A DNA stretch of 64,000 nucleotides from Octopus sinensis (lineage: Eukaryota), in the NCBI RefSeq assembly GCF_006345805.1, contig NC_042999.1, positions 172,608,001 to 172,672,000 on the forward strand, given 5' to 3'. Below the pieces are notes generated by a model. The model did no database searches, was not told the origin of the DNA, and saw only the letters and a program-made list of their open reading frames with translations. The position numbers and the translations under genes were made by a program. The stretch's first letter is position 1, and the number at the start of each line of letters is the position of its first letter. Below are positions 63,801 to 64,000 of the stretch, piece by piece.

Positions 63801-64000
63801 TGTATGTATGTATGTATATATATGTAAGTATGTATGTATATATGAATGTATATATATATAATATGTATGTACACATGTATACATACACACATATATATTT
63901 ACTTTTGACCTTTCATGACAAAGCCGACTACCAGAAGCACTAGAGAAGAAGGTGTCATTGCTATCGGTTTGCATCAGGGCTTGAGTATGGGCAAACCCTC

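Noticed and set aside
63897-64000. Minus-strand open frame GFAHTQALMQTDSNDTFFSSASGSRLCHERSK running off the window end
   Set aside because: Truncated by the window edge with a weak donor; cannot be assessed.

Overview
AT-rich, microsatellite-dense eukaryotic DNA that is almost certainly non-coding (intronic or intergenic) animal sequence. The SINE families, mariners, R4/Dong LINEs and (TA)n/(TG)n/(AAT)n density point to an octopus or other coleoid cephalopod (inference, no database search). There is no complete protein-coding gene, CRISPR array, rRNA or true tRNA, and most of the supplied ORFs are microsatellite or decayed-transposon artefacts. Supported content: about 20 tRNA-derived SINE copies from 4-5 families, R4/Dong and CR1-group LINE fragments, decayed Penelope-like element (PLE) RT/GIY-YIG ORFs, two mariner families, a possible Gypsy gag remnant, and several tandem or inverted duplications. 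The most interesting signals are: (1) type-I hammerhead ribozyme motifs, namely a canonical one inside a perfect 57-bp palindrome (16.5 kb), an A6U-core minimal variant present twice with an almost identical core in otherwise diverged flanks (29.0 and 55.7 kb), and an A14G variant inside a 337-bp direct-repeat-bounded, retrozyme-like unit (55.2-55.6 kb); (2) a candidate recursive splice site / 30-nt microexon at 18,070; (3) a templated insertion copied from 13.4 kb away and flanked by a ~128-bp duplication; (4) several fold-back inversions, two of them with (TA)n at the junction or centre. All alignments and counts were done by eye, and repeat boundaries are approximate.
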